Source: Candidatus Micrarchaeia archaeon (GTDB lineage: Archaea; Micrarchaeota; Micrarchaeia; Micrarchaeales; Micrarchaeaceae). Taken from it: a DNA stretch of 64,000 nucleotides. The first letter of the stretch is position 1. Each line of letters starts with the position of its first letter. The notes beneath the pieces were generated by a model. It saw only the letters and a program-made list of their open reading frames with translations, did no database searches and was not told where the DNA came from. This document shows, in pieces, positions 53,213 to 63,096 of this stretch. Location: contig JBMFTZ010000001.1 of the NCBI GenBank assembly GCA_049966775.1, positions 21,167-85,166 on the forward strand. The letters run 5' to 3'. The position numbers were made by a program, and so were the translations under genes.

Positions 53213-53387
53213 GATTACACTTCGATGGCAGAACACCGGCAATAGCAGATCCTGCTGCGCACTGCCACCAAGAAAATATTGACAGGAAAAGATATGATTA
53301 TTGTGCCAATTCATCCCCAACAAGATTGGGGGGATTCTTGGCTAACATATTAAATACCTGATAAACAAACTATAAAATGCCAGTGAT

Positions 53388-54107
53388 TTGATGAGAAAGA
53401 GAGTAGTATATGCAGGGCTTCTGCTGCTAGTGATAGCGATAGCTGTGCTTGCCGTATCAAATGGGGAAGCCCAGAATGCCATAAAGAAAAACATCAGCAT
53501 AACTAATGTAACAGTACTTAATGACAGCTTTTACGCAATGCCTTTGCACGCCATTAATACTACGTACATAACCTACGTTTCGGTGGATGCTAACAATGCG
53601 CTCAATGAATATTTATTCAATGCCAGCACGTTTGGCCTGTGGAAGACTGCCATGCTTGGCAATAGCTCTGCAAGTGGCATTCACTATGCAAGGCTGCTGG
53701 ATATCGGGAACAGATCGCTTATATATACCAACAACGCTGTGATGAGCGCCATACTGCAGCAGAACTCTAGCAGCGCATATGCTTATCTGGTGGTAGACAA
53801 CACGCCTGGAAGCAATTCATCTGCGATGAAGGTGCCTGTCAGGATTATGGTGCTCCCAGCTTCGGAAAGCATGCTCTTCCCGTATGCTGCAGGGGATGTT
53901 ACTGGTGTTATAATACTGCTTGCAAGCATCGTAATAATCATTTATGGGCTTATAAGGAAACAGAAAGCTTACGCACAGCAAGAGGGTAGTACCGCAACTA
54001 GCACCAAGGGCGCGTCTGACGAGAGCGCATACATAGAAAACCTGTACAAGAGCATAGAATCCAAGAAGAAAAGCAGAAAGGGTAAACGGGCTGATAGCAA
54101 TGGATGA
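53388..54107 (+). CDS. bitopic surface protein (N-terminal signal/anchor, C-terminal TM, basic tail)
   Basis: 239 aa with several N-x-S/T sites. C-terminal VTGVIILLASIVIIIYGLIRKQK. Confidence 0.65.
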   Translation: MMRKRVVYAGLLLLVIAIAVLAVSNGEAQNAIKKNISITNVTVLNDSFYAMPLHAINTTYITYVSVDANNALNEYLFNASTFGLWKTAMLGNSSASGIHYARLLDIGNRSLIYTNNAVMSAILQQNSSSAYAYLVVDNTPGSNSSAMKVPVRIMVLPASESMLFPYAAGDVTGVIILLASIVIIIYGLIRKQKAYAQQEGSTATSTKGASDESAYIENLYKSIESKKKSRKGKRADSNG

Positions 54108-54786
54108 ACTAAAAGAGAAGATTGCTGGGGAGATAGCACTGTCTGAGAGCCCAGGCAGCACGATGAAGAAATGGAGGGAGCTTTTTGGAATAACACAGAC
54201 AGAGCTTTCAAAACAGATAAAGATATCCGCCTCAACGATAAGCGACTACGAGAGCAATAGAAGGCTGAGCCCTGGCGTAGGCGTGATAAGGCGCTTTGTG
54301 GACGCCCTCTTCACAATAGACGAGAAAAGAGGAAGCGGCGTGATTAACAGCTTTAACAAGCTCAGCAACGAGGAGACACCGCCATTTTACCAGATACACG
54401 ACTTTACCGCGCCGCTAAGCGGGGTTGACTTCAATAGGATTATAGAGGGCAAGGTTGTGGCCAACCCTTCGTATCTTGACAGCATAAAGCTCTTTGGCTA
54501 CACGCAGCTCGACAGCCTTAGGGTGATACTCGAGATGTCTCCCGCAGAATATCCCAAGCTTTTCGGATCAACGACAGAGCGCGCCTTCATATTCGAGCAC
54601 GTGTCCACGGGCAGGTCTCCCATGGTTGTGATAAGAGTGGCGCCAATAAAGCCGAAGCTCGTAGTGCTACATAATCTCGCCAACGTAGACAAGCTGGCGG
54701 TGAAAATTGCACAGGTGGAGCATATACCGCTGCTCACTACAAAGCTCTCTCTTGAAGAATTGTATAACAGGTTAGGCAAGATATGA
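54100..54786 (+). CDS. XRE-type HTH transcriptional regulator (archaeal COG1395-like)
   Basis: MKKWRELFGITQTELSKQIKISASTISDYESNRR HTH plus a C-terminal domain. 8-nt overlap with the upstream gene. Confidence 0.8.
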   Translation: MDELKEKIAGEIALSESPGSTMKKWRELFGITQTELSKQIKISASTISDYESNRRLSPGVGVIRRFVDALFTIDEKRGSGVINSFNKLSNEETPPFYQIHDFTAPLSGVDFNRIIEGKVVANPSYLDSIKLFGYTQLDSLRVILEMSPAEYPKLFGSTTERAFIFEHVSTGRSPMVVIRVAPIKPKLVVLHNLANVDKLAVKIAQVEHIPLLTTKLSLEELYNRLGKI

Positions 54787-54797
54787 CCGCGCGCAGC

Positions 54798-55529
54798 TCA
54801 GCCCCATACGTCAGCCTTTAGCTTCGATCTGTCTATCCCGAGAGCTTCGGCCGCATCATTCATGGCTTTGACAAAGCCCAGCGGACCGCATATGTACACT
54901 GTGCGTTCCGCGAAATCTGGCGCATATTTCTTTATCATATTGGCATCTATATGACCCTTTTCCCCGCTCCAGCCGTCGCCTTCCTGCGGCCTTGTAACCG
55001 TTACGGCTAGTTTGAGCTTTAGCGCCTTCTCAAGCTCACCGAGCTCTGCTTTCCTTATTATCTCTGTAGGGTACTTGACACTGTATATAAGCACTATGTC
55101 GTCATCCATGGCAAGATCGCGTATGTGCCGCAGCATTGACATAAATGGCGCTAGGCCAGTACCACCAGCCAGGAAAAGAACCTTTTTATCGACACCGGGA
55201 ACGAACCTGAATTGGCCATAGGGGCCTGTGATGTAATACAGGTCTCCTTCCTTGGCGGTGTCAAGATGCGAAGTAAACCTGCCATGGATCATGCTTATGA
55301 AAAATTCCAAATAGGGCTGCGATGGCGATGAAGCAATGGAAAACGCCCTGCTTATCTTTTCGCTCGTAGTCGGGTTCGCGTATTCTACCATGACAAACAT
55401 TCCTGGATCGAATGCTATCTTTGCGCCGTCCTTGGCACTGAAGCGGAAGAGCGTCACCTCCGGAGTTTCTTTGCTTATATATGTTATAGTATAGGGTTTT
55501 TCTTTTATCTGCACTGGAACAGTTGCCAT
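54798..55529 (-). CDS. ferredoxin-NADP reductase-type FAD/NAD(P)-binding oxidoreductase
   Basis: RAFSIASSP (RxYS-type FAD motif) and LFLAGGTGLAPFMSML (NAD(P) motif). Confidence 0.8.
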   Translation of the reverse strand: MATVPVQIKEKPYTITYISKETPEVTLFRFSAKDGAKIAFDPGMFVMVEYANPTTSEKISRAFSIASSPSQPYLEFFISMIHGRFTSHLDTAKEGDLYYITGPYGQFRFVPGVDKKVLFLAGGTGLAPFMSMLRHIRDLAMDDDIVLIYSVKYPTEIIRKAELGELEKALKLKLAVTVTRPQEGDGWSGEKGHIDANMIKKYAPDFAERTVYICGPLGFVKAMNDAAEALGIDRSKLKADVWG

Positions 55530-56330
55530 TTATTCACCTACACCGTTTTGAACACCTTCCGCATTAACAAAATTTATTATCTGCAGATAAACCTCTTCGG
55601 GATTATCGTAATGCGGGTTATGCCCTGAGCCCTTTATAAATTTTAGAGTACTACCATTTATGTGTTTTGATATCACACCCGAAAACTTTGGATCTATCAC
55701 ATTGTCGCTTTCTCCCCAAAGTATGAGTACTCTCGCATGAATGCCGCTAAGGCGTTCTGCACTCAGTTGCTCTTCACCGAAGTCGTTGTCCACAATACTC
55801 TTCAGCACGTACTCTTTGTTGTTATTGAGCCGCATTGCAGTGCTTACCATCTTTTGCTTGTACTCTTCAACATTTCCATCGCGCAGAATCTCATCAAAAT
55901 TCTCTTTTATGCCCGCTGGATCCTCTAATACAAGACCTTTCAAAGGATTTGCATGCGCGTAGTAGGCCCCAATCCAACCACCGTAGGAATGGCCAAATAT
56001 ATACGGCTCGGTGTGAATGGCCTTATTTATAAATTCACCGATACTGTTGCTTTGCGCAGAAACTGTATATTGTATGTGCGGTGCCGATGATAATCCATGG
56101 CCCAAAAGATCGATAGTATATATGTCAAAATTTTCATTAAAATAAGCAAATAGTCGCTGCCATACCATCAGGTCTGCGCCAAAACCGTGCAGAAAAAGAA
56201 TTGGTGCAGAATCGCCGGCATGGTGCATAAAATGTATGTATCCCAGCTCGGTATCTTGGTAGCCTTCCTCAAAATCTTTTGAATAATCCACGTCATCACT
56301 TGCCATAGAAAAAGTGTATAGGCCTGTCAA
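55530..56330 (-). CDS. alpha/beta hydrolase
   Basis: PILFLHGFG, nucleophile elbow FGHSYGG, C-terminal GSGHNPH. The start may instead be M9 (56306). Either way it overlaps the E3 stop. Confidence 0.85.
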   Translation of the reverse strand: MTGLYTFSMASDDVDYSKDFEEGYQDTELGYIHFMHHAGDSAPILFLHGFGADLMVWQRLFAYFNENFDIYTIDLLGHGLSSAPHIQYTVSAQSNSIGEFINKAIHTEPYIFGHSYGGWIGAYYAHANPLKGLVLEDPAGIKENFDEILRDGNVEEYKQKMVSTAMRLNNNKEYVLKSIVDNDFGEEQLSAERLSGIHARVLILWGESDNVIDPKFSGVISKHINGSTLKFIKGSGHNPHYDNPEEVYLQIINFVNAEGVQNGVGE

Positions 56331-57660
56331 GTGCTGCCTCTGCTGCTTCCTGAACTGCTTCGCTATAGGTAGGATGCGGATGTATGGTATCCGCTATATC
56401 CTCGACGCTAGCACCCATCTCAATGGCCAATGCGGCTTCCGATATCATCGAATCGGCCTCATCTGACACTATCTCTATGCCCTTGACAGAATTACTTGAA
56501 TCATATGCTATCTTAACGAAGCCGTCGGTAGTGCCGAGCGCTATGCTCCTGCCAAGCGCCGTAAGAGGAAACTTCTTTACACTTATACCTTCCTTTTCTG
56601 CGATGTCCCCCGCTATAGCTATCACGGGATCGGAGAAAATCACAGCGGGCACTACAACATTGTCGTATACGGAATTTAGGCCGCTCGCAACTTCACCTGC
56701 AATTACGCCCTGGCGTATCGCCTTATGCGCCAGCATGGGCTCGCCTATCACGTCGCCAACCGCGAGTATATCTGGATTGCTTGTACGAAGCGCACTGTCC
56801 ACCTTTACGAAGCCCCTTTCGTCAAGCTGCACATGGGCATTTTCAAGGCCCAAATCCTGGGTGTACGGCTTCAGCCCAACCGCAACCACAACGATTTCAG
56901 CATCTATCACAGAACCATCGCTGAGGGTGAGCTTACCGGCCTCATAAGACCGCGGCGTGGAAGCTGTATATATCTTTATCCCGAGCGCGTTCATCTTCTT
57001 CTTTATTACTGAAACCGCGTCTCTATCAAAGTGAGAAAGCACATCTGACCTCGCTATTATGCTCACGTTAGTACCAAGCTTGACGTAAAGCGTGCCTATC
57101 TCGACAGCAACATATCCTGCGCCTATAATGGCCATAGACTTCGGTATGAAGTCAAGCATCAGCGCCTTCTTGTAATCTAGTATTGAGCCATTGAATTCAA
57201 AGCCGTTTAGCACGGTCGGATCAGAACCGGTGGCGATTATCGCCTTCTTAAATTCTATTGAAGTGCCGTCCGTAAGTTGGAGGGTATGCTCCCCTACAAA
57301 TGTTGCAGTGGCATGGATAGTCTCTACGCCGTGCGAATCGCACAAAAATTTGACTCCGTTCTCGAGCTTGCTTGAAACCGAAAGGCGCCATGAAAGCATC
57401 TCTTTCGGGTCTACGCTTATGGAATTCGTGTGGATGCCAAACTTTTCAGAATGCTGCGCCTTATAGTATATATCGGATATTTTTATTAGCGTTTTTGAAG
57501 GTATGCACGCATAGTTGAGGCAGTGCCCGCCGAGCTTCTCCTTCTCTATGAGCACAACACTTTTGCCGCATTCTGCCGCGCGTATCGCCGCAACATAGCC
57601 GCCTACGCCTGCACCTATCACTGCGATATCGGTATTTTCAGGTGTAAATCCCATTACCAT
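56296..57660 (-). CDS. lpdA: dihydrolipoamide dehydrogenase (E3)
   Basis: GAGVGGYVAAIRAAE, redox-active LGGHCLNYACIPSK, C-terminal HPHPTYSE. Confidence 0.95.
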   Translation of the reverse strand: MVMGFTPENTDIAVIGAGVGGYVAAIRAAECGKSVVLIEKEKLGGHCLNYACIPSKTLIKISDIYYKAQHSEKFGIHTNSISVDPKEMLSWRLSVSSKLENGVKFLCDSHGVETIHATATFVGEHTLQLTDGTSIEFKKAIIATGSDPTVLNGFEFNGSILDYKKALMLDFIPKSMAIIGAGYVAVEIGTLYVKLGTNVSIIARSDVLSHFDRDAVSVIKKKMNALGIKIYTASTPRSYEAGKLTLSDGSVIDAEIVVVAVGLKPYTQDLGLENAHVQLDERGFVKVDSALRTSNPDILAVGDVIGEPMLAHKAIRQGVIAGEVASGLNSVYDNVVVPAVIFSDPVIAIAGDIAEKEGISVKKFPLTALGRSIALGTTDGFVKIAYDSSNSVKGIEIVSDEADSMISEAALAIEMGASVEDIADTIHPHPTYSEAVQEAAEAALDRPIHFFYGK

Positions 57661-57678
57661 CCAAACACCAGCACCAAA

Positions 57679-58914
57679 CTATAACATATCTAGGAACTCT
57701 GGATCCTCCAGGTATTTTATCAGCGAATTCCCGAATTTTACGGCCTCTGCGCCATCCACAACCCTGTGGTCGAAGCTTATCGAGAAAGGAAGCACCTTCC
57801 CAACCACTATATTGCCGTTCTTGACGACAGGCATATCGCGAATTAGGTGAATGCCAAGTATTGCGACATCTGGATAGTTGATCATCGGCACGGAAAGGAA
57901 GCCGCCACCAAGGCTGCCTATGTTTGTTATGGTGAAGGTGCTGTCCCTCATCTCGTCAAGCGTTATGGTGTTGTCTCGTATTTTCTGTGAAAGCTGCTGC
58001 ACCTCCTTGGCTATGTCTATTATGCTTTTCTTGTCGGCATTTTTTACAACGACGACTTTGAGGCCGTCTGGCGCTTCCGCGGCAAGACCTATATTGTAAT
58101 AGTTCTTTCTTATTATCTCCATCTTATCCTTGTCGTAGCTGGAATTGAAGTTTGGATTTTCCTTTAGCGCTTCTATGGTGGCTTTTATTATGAAGGGCAG
58201 GTAAGTAAGCTTTGTTCCAAATTCCTTTTCCATGCGCTCCTTCTCCCTATCCACTATGTTGTACAGGCTTGTAGCGTCAAGTATGTCCATGTGTACGGCC
58301 CTTGGGATGGTCCATGATGCTTCCATGTTTCTCGCTATCGCTTTTCTGGTTGCCGAAAGCGGAATCCGCTCCACCTCGCCGCTATGCTGCGCTTCGAGCG
58401 ATTCAGAATAGCCTTGCGGCCTCTGCTGCGCTTGCGGTGCTACCTGACTTGACACTGATGCGAGCGCCCTTACGTCAGATTCAAGTATCCTGCCGCCAGG
58501 GCCGCTGCCTTTCACTTTTGCAATGTCGACATTCAAGTCTCTCGCAAGCTTACGCACGGCAGGCGTCGCAATTACAGTCTGCTGTGGAACCGAAACTGGA
58601 ACCGGTTGCGGTGGCTGCTGGATTGCACCTGCAGCGCCTGACTGGCCTGCGCTTGGTGTCTGGATATTCCTGAGCTCTTCTGGCGTGCCGACAGCCGCGA
58701 CAAGGTCTCCGAGATGCACATCTGTGCCTTCCTTTGCAACAATCTTCACAGCGCCATCGATAGGCGCCGGAATGTTTACAACCGCCTTGTCGGTCTCTAT
58801 CTGAAAAAGGGGCTGGTCCTCGCTCACATGATCTCCGTCCTTAACGAGCCACTTTACTACGTGGCCTTCTGTAATGCCCTCGCCAACATCCACGAATCTT
58901 ATCTCTTTTACCAT
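57679..58914 (-). CDS. dihydrolipoamide acyltransferase (E2)
   Basis: Lipoyl domain IETDKAV, subunit-binding domain ATPAVRKLARDLNVD, catalytic SFDHRVVDGA. Confidence 0.95.
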   Translation of the reverse strand: MVKEIRFVDVGEGITEGHVVKWLVKDGDHVSEDQPLFQIETDKAVVNIPAPIDGAVKIVAKEGTDVHLGDLVAAVGTPEELRNIQTPSAGQSGAAGAIQQPPQPVPVSVPQQTVIATPAVRKLARDLNVDIAKVKGSGPGGRILESDVRALASVSSQVAPQAQQRPQGYSESLEAQHSGEVERIPLSATRKAIARNMEASWTIPRAVHMDILDATSLYNIVDREKERMEKEFGTKLTYLPFIIKATIEALKENPNFNSSYDKDKMEIIRKNYYNIGLAAEAPDGLKVVVVKNADKKSIIDIAKEVQQLSQKIRDNTITLDEMRDSTFTITNIGSLGGGFLSVPMINYPDVAILGIHLIRDMPVVKNGNIVVGKVLPFSISFDHRVVDGAEAVKFGNSLIKYLEDPEFLDML

Positions 58915-58935
58915 ATCATCATCTTTCAGCTTGCA

Positions 58936-59901
58936 TCATGATGAGAGCAGCTTGTCTATTGCTATTGATATCTTGCTCTCGTTTGGGGTATAATACTGCT
59001 CATAGCCAGGGAACGGATATGGGAAGCTCGGCCCGGCGACGCGCATGACCGGAGCTGAAAGCTCAAACATCGCCTTCTCTGCTATCCTGGCTGCAACTTC
59101 AGCGCCAACCCCAAAGCTAAGCGGCGCCTCGTGCACTACAAGCGCCCTTCCGGTCTTCTTAACGCTGTTCAATATTGCTTCCTCATCTAACGGATTTATG
59201 GTGCGCAGGTCTAATATGTCTGCAGAAACATTCTTCTTTTCAACTGCGCTCTGCACCACAGGCACCATTGTTCCGTATGTTATTATGCTAAGCTGGTCCC
59301 CTTCTTTAACCAATGCTGCTTTGCCTATTGGCACTTCGTATGCGTCTTCCGGAACGTCCTGCTTGAACAGCCTGTACAGCTTGGTGGGCTCTAGGAATAC
59401 CACAGGATCATCCATATGCGCCGCCCTCAGGAGCAGCCCTTTCGCGTCGTACGGGCAAGAAGGCTCTACCACAACAAGCCCACCCACATGGGCATAGAAA
59501 GCCTCGGGGCTTTCTGAATGGTGCTCAAGCGCCTTGACACCGCCACTCACTGGGGTCCTTACCACCATGGGCACCTTGAACCTGCCGCGCGACCTGCTCC
59601 TGAACCTCGCAGCGTGGTTTATGAGCTGCTCGAAAGATAGGAACATGAAGCCCGCGAACTGTATCTCAGGTATAGGCCTAAGCCCCGCTATTGCCATACC
59701 TATAGAAGCGCCGAGTATTGCAGATTCGGCAAGCGGCGTATCTACAACACGCTCTGGGCCGAACTTGTCATATAGCCCATCGGTAACCCTAAATACGCCG
59801 CCGTCTTTACCAACGTCTTCTCCGAGTATTATTGCGTTTTCATTTTCTTCTAGTATAAGCCCAAGGGCGTTGTTGAGCGCCGAAACCATGTTCATCTGCA
59901 T
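58936..59901 (-). CDS. 2-oxoacid dehydrogenase E1 beta subunit
   Basis: 321 aa. ILGEDVGKDGGVFRVT, RVVDTPLAESAI, HHSESPEA. Confidence 0.95.
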   Translation of the reverse strand: MQMNMVSALNNALGLILEENENAIILGEDVGKDGGVFRVTDGLYDKFGPERVVDTPLAESAILGASIGMAIAGLRPIPEIQFAGFMFLSFEQLINHAARFRSRSRGRFKVPMVVRTPVSGGVKALEHHSESPEAFYAHVGGLVVVEPSCPYDAKGLLLRAAHMDDPVVFLEPTKLYRLFKQDVPEDAYEVPIGKAALVKEGDQLSIITYGTMVPVVQSAVEKKNVSADILDLRTINPLDEEAILNSVKKTGRALVVHEAPLSFGVGAEVAARIAEKAMFELSAPVMRVAGPSFPYPFPGYEQYYTPNESKISIAIDKLLSS

Positions 59902-59919
59902 TTTATCACCTTCTAATGC

Positions 59920-60990
59920 CTACTGGTAGAAGCCATTGCCTATCGCGTCGTCAAGCTCCTCCTTCAGCGTCTGTGGTATATAGCTATACACATTGTCAAA
60001 CATGCTCCTTGGATCGGGCTTAAAGGCTTCGGCCTTTGCAACAGCTTCATCGATCTCTGCCTTCTGCTCCTCAGCCATCTCCTCTTCGAGCTTGCTACTC
60101 CACAAGCCCTTCGACGTAAGGTACTTGCTGAGCCTGAGCAACGGGTCTTTGGCTTTCCACTTTTCTACCTCTTCGTCAGACCGGTACTTTGTGGGATCGT
60201 CTGAAGTGGTGTGCATGCTAAGCCTGTATGTGACACATTCTATCAATGATGGCCCATCATGCGAATTGGCTATTGCGTCCTTTGTGGCCTTGTACACCGC
60301 TATCACGTCATTGCCGTCAACTTGCAATATGCTCTTGAAACCCGCAGCAAAGCCTTTCTGCGCAAGGGTCTCCGCAGCGCTCTGCCTGCTCCTCGGCACC
60401 GATATTGCCCACTGATTGTTTTCTATTATTACTACGAGAGGCAGCTTGAACACGCCGCTAAAGTTGAGCGCCTCGTAGAACTCGCCTTCCGATGTGCCGC
60501 CATCACCCACATATGCTACCACCGCCCTGTCCTGCTTCTTGTACTTGAAAGCGTAGGCTATGCCGGCCGCATGTGGCATCTGCGTGCCAACAGGCACCGC
60601 AACGGTAAGACCGTTGACACTTTCTGGTATGGCGCCACCCTCTTCCATGCCGCGCCAGTATACGAAGAACAACTCCAAAGGCAAACCCCTTACAAGGTAT
60701 ACACCGTGCTGCCTAAAATTCGGCACGAAGAAATCGCTGGCCCTCATCGCGAACGCGCTTCCTATTTGCGTTGCTTCTTCTCCTATGAGCGGCGCGTACG
60801 TAGCGGCCCGGCCCTGCCTCTGCAGGCTTAAAACCTTTGCATCTAGGGCCCTGGCAAAAGACATGCTTTTGTACATTTCAACAAGCTTCTGATCGTCAAC
60901 ATCGCTGGGCACAAGCGACTGGTCGATGTTGCCATTTTCATCAAGTATCTGCATATAGCTTACTGAGCCGCTGAATACCTGCTTCATCAT
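59920..60990 (-). CDS. 2-oxoacid dehydrogenase E1 alpha subunit (TPP-binding)
   Basis: 356 aa. YVGDGGTSEGEFYEALNF, IIENNQWAIS, YRLSMHTTSDDP. Confidence 0.95.
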   Translation of the reverse strand: MMKQVFSGSVSYMQILDENGNIDQSLVPSDVDDQKLVEMYKSMSFARALDAKVLSLQRQGRAATYAPLIGEEATQIGSAFAMRASDFFVPNFRQHGVYLVRGLPLELFFVYWRGMEEGGAIPESVNGLTVAVPVGTQMPHAAGIAYAFKYKKQDRAVVAYVGDGGTSEGEFYEALNFSGVFKLPLVVIIENNQWAISVPRSRQSAAETLAQKGFAAGFKSILQVDGNDVIAVYKATKDAIANSHDGPSLIECVTYRLSMHTTSDDPTKYRSDEEVEKWKAKDPLLRLSKYLTSKGLWSSKLEEEMAEEQKAEIDEAVAKAEAFKPDPRSMFDNVYSYIPQTLKEELDDAIGNGFYQ

Positions 60991-61113
60991 TCAATCACGC
61001 TATACTATGAGCTGATTTATTTATTAACATTTCTAATTGCACCGCATAATTCACTACAATAATAGATATATATAAAAAATAGGGCTACAATAGTTGTATG
61101 CGATGGTGTCTAT

Positions 61114-61392
61114 ATGGGATACATAGAAAGCAATGTTGATGAGGAAACTGCAAACCTTTCGAGGGCCAGGCAGTCGCTTATAGAAGAGCTCCAAGCACAG
61201 ATGTGGTATGATGAGCGCATCAGCGCCACAAAGGATAAGAGCCTCAAGGCGGTGCTCGCCCACAATAGGGATGACGAAAAGGAACACGCTACACTGCTTC
61301 TGGAATGGCTAAGGAGGCATGACGCTCCGCTAGACAAGGAGCTGAAGGAAATACTCTTCAAGAACAAGGAGCTAAAAGACCTTTGGGACTAA
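61114..61392 (+). CDS. half-ferritin (EncFtn-like) two-helix protein
   Basis: 92 aa. ELQAQMWYDERI ... HNRDDEKEHATLLLEWLRR gives a Glu plus ExxH metal-site pattern, like encapsulated ferritins. No recognisable C-terminal encapsulin targeting peptide. Confidence 0.5.
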   Translation: MGYIESNVDEETANLSRARQSLIEELQAQMWYDERISATKDKSLKAVLAHNRDDEKEHATLLLEWLRRHDAPLDKELKEILFKNKELKDLWD

Positions 61393-61458
61393 CACGGGTT
61401 GCGGCGATACCGGTGCTGCTGAAGCCAGTATTGCCGATGCCAGTATCTATAAAAATGC

Positions 61459-62709
61459 CTATAGGTACGCCTTTGGCTTATATGTGGTAGCTATTCCTAT
61501 GCTGGATATTATGTTTGTAAAGAGTATGAGCATGAACACCATATCAACGAAGTATGGTATGCTTATGCCCAATGCAAGCGGCAGCGTAGCGACTATCGCT
61601 GGCGATAACCCACGCGCGACATCGAAGCTCACAAGGCGCTTTTCTATTCGCTTTTTCTTCGCTCCCCGGGACATGAAATTTTTGAGTAATGGAGCAAATA
61701 AAACTCTGAAAGGTATTATGAGTAGAGACAACACAAGCGCAATGCCTATGCTTAATGCGGTTACCTGCTGCACGTTGAACAGCAGGCCTATATAAACGAA
61801 GAAGAAGGTGCTTACGAAAAACACTATCTCCTTTTGATAGGTTATCACGTGCCCTACGTCATTGCCTATTGCAAAATATTTCGCTATAATGTCTTTGCTC
61901 GTTATCGCTTTCTTTTCGTAAACACCTAGATTGTAGAACAGAAGGCCGAACACAAACACGGTTATGGCGCCATTTAGGGCAAGCTGGGTGGCTATGCCAT
62001 ATGTTGCTATTATCATTGTAACGGTAAGTATCCATCTGTAGCCCCGGCTATAATACTCGAACCTGCGCATTATGTACAGCCAAAAAAGGGCGGATACGCC
62101 GCCAAGCACCACAGAGCCCAGTATTATGGTAAACACAAAAGAGCCGATATAAGAGGCTGTTATTATTTTCGAGTTTACCATGAAGCCGAGGAGCAGTATG
62201 GGCACGATAAGCTCAGCTATGTCGGTAACCACGCTTTCATACATGAGCGATACCTTTAGTCTCTTTGGGACTTTTACCACGTCTATGAGCACGGGCACTA
62301 TTATGGTGCTTGGACCAGATACCGCAAAGCCGAATATAAATGCTTCGATGAGGCTCCACCTGAATATATAGAACGCGATTATTGAAAGTGTGGTACCTAT
62401 GGTGACTTGCGTTAGGAATGTGAACGCTGAAGCTTTTCCTACTACGCTTTTGAGTTCTTTGAATTTTATGCTCATTCCTATGTCAAAAAGCACGAACGCA
62501 ATTGCTATCGCGGTAACATACGGCGTCAATTCTGCCACAATGCTCTGCGGGCCCACATTAACGAGCTTGAGAACTGGCCCTATAAGTAGACCTATAAACA
62601 TCAGGGGCAGCACATCCGTAAACTTTAGCTTGGCGAAAAGGGCGTTTATAATAAATCCGAGAAAGGCAATAGCTGCTACTGCAATGAACAGGATCCCAAC
62701 GCCTAGCAT
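61459..62709 (-). CDS. monovalent cation:proton antiporter (CPA family, Na+/H+ exchanger-like)
   Basis: 416 aa, about 12 TM. LMFIGLLIGP.., VLFDIGMSIKF, and VTDIAELIVPILL with a conserved Asp in a TM helix. Confidence 0.75.
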   Translation of the reverse strand: MLGVGILFIAVAAIAFLGFIINALFAKLKFTDVLPLMFIGLLIGPVLKLVNVGPQSIVAELTPYVTAIAIAFVLFDIGMSIKFKELKSVVGKASAFTFLTQVTIGTTLSIIAFYIFRWSLIEAFIFGFAVSGPSTIIVPVLIDVVKVPKRLKVSLMYESVVTDIAELIVPILLLGFMVNSKIITASYIGSFVFTIILGSVVLGGVSALFWLYIMRRFEYYSRGYRWILTVTMIIATYGIATQLALNGAITVFVFGLLFYNLGVYEKKAITSKDIIAKYFAIGNDVGHVITYQKEIVFFVSTFFFVYIGLLFNVQQVTALSIGIALVLSLLIIPFRVLFAPLLKNFMSRGAKKKRIEKRLVSFDVARGLSPAIVATLPLALGISIPYFVDMVFMLILFTNIISSIGIATTYKPKAYL

Positions 62710-62856
62710 GAAACCACCAATAGCTAGGGTTATTTGGAAGCAAATACTTAAATTATTAACTTACAGGAGCGAGAGATTCTTGCGCAAGCGGATTCGTCAA
62801 TCAAAGAGTGCGAGCTAAATTATTTATATTTAAGTGCGCTTGAATCAAACGATTAC

Positions 62857-63096
62857 ATGACCTATCAAGCAACAAAAGATAAGGAGGGCAACAAAAACAA
62901 GGAAGCGGTTGATGTCAATCCATTGAGCAGTAGCGAGTTGATCGGCTATCATCGCCATTTTGAAGCACCCAAACCAGGAAATGGGCTAGGTGCCGCAGAG
63001 ACCGGCACGAGGAGCAGGAATAAAAAAAATGGGGAGAAGGAAGATTTAACTGAAGAAGAGGCACTTCTGCGGGACTTCCACGAAGACCGCATCTAA
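62857..63096 (+). CDS. hydrophilic hypothetical protein
   Basis: 79-aa ORF, Lys/Glu/Asn-rich. No homology recognised. Confidence 0.3.
   Translation: MTYQATKDKEGNKNKEAVDVNPLSSSELIGYHRHFEAPKPGNGLGAAETGTRSRNKKNGEKEDLTEEEALLRDFHEDRI

Noticed and set aside
60259-60831. 190-aa plus-strand ORF antisense to E1 alpha
   Set aside because: A shadow ORF. The E1 alpha frame carries clear TPP-binding motifs.
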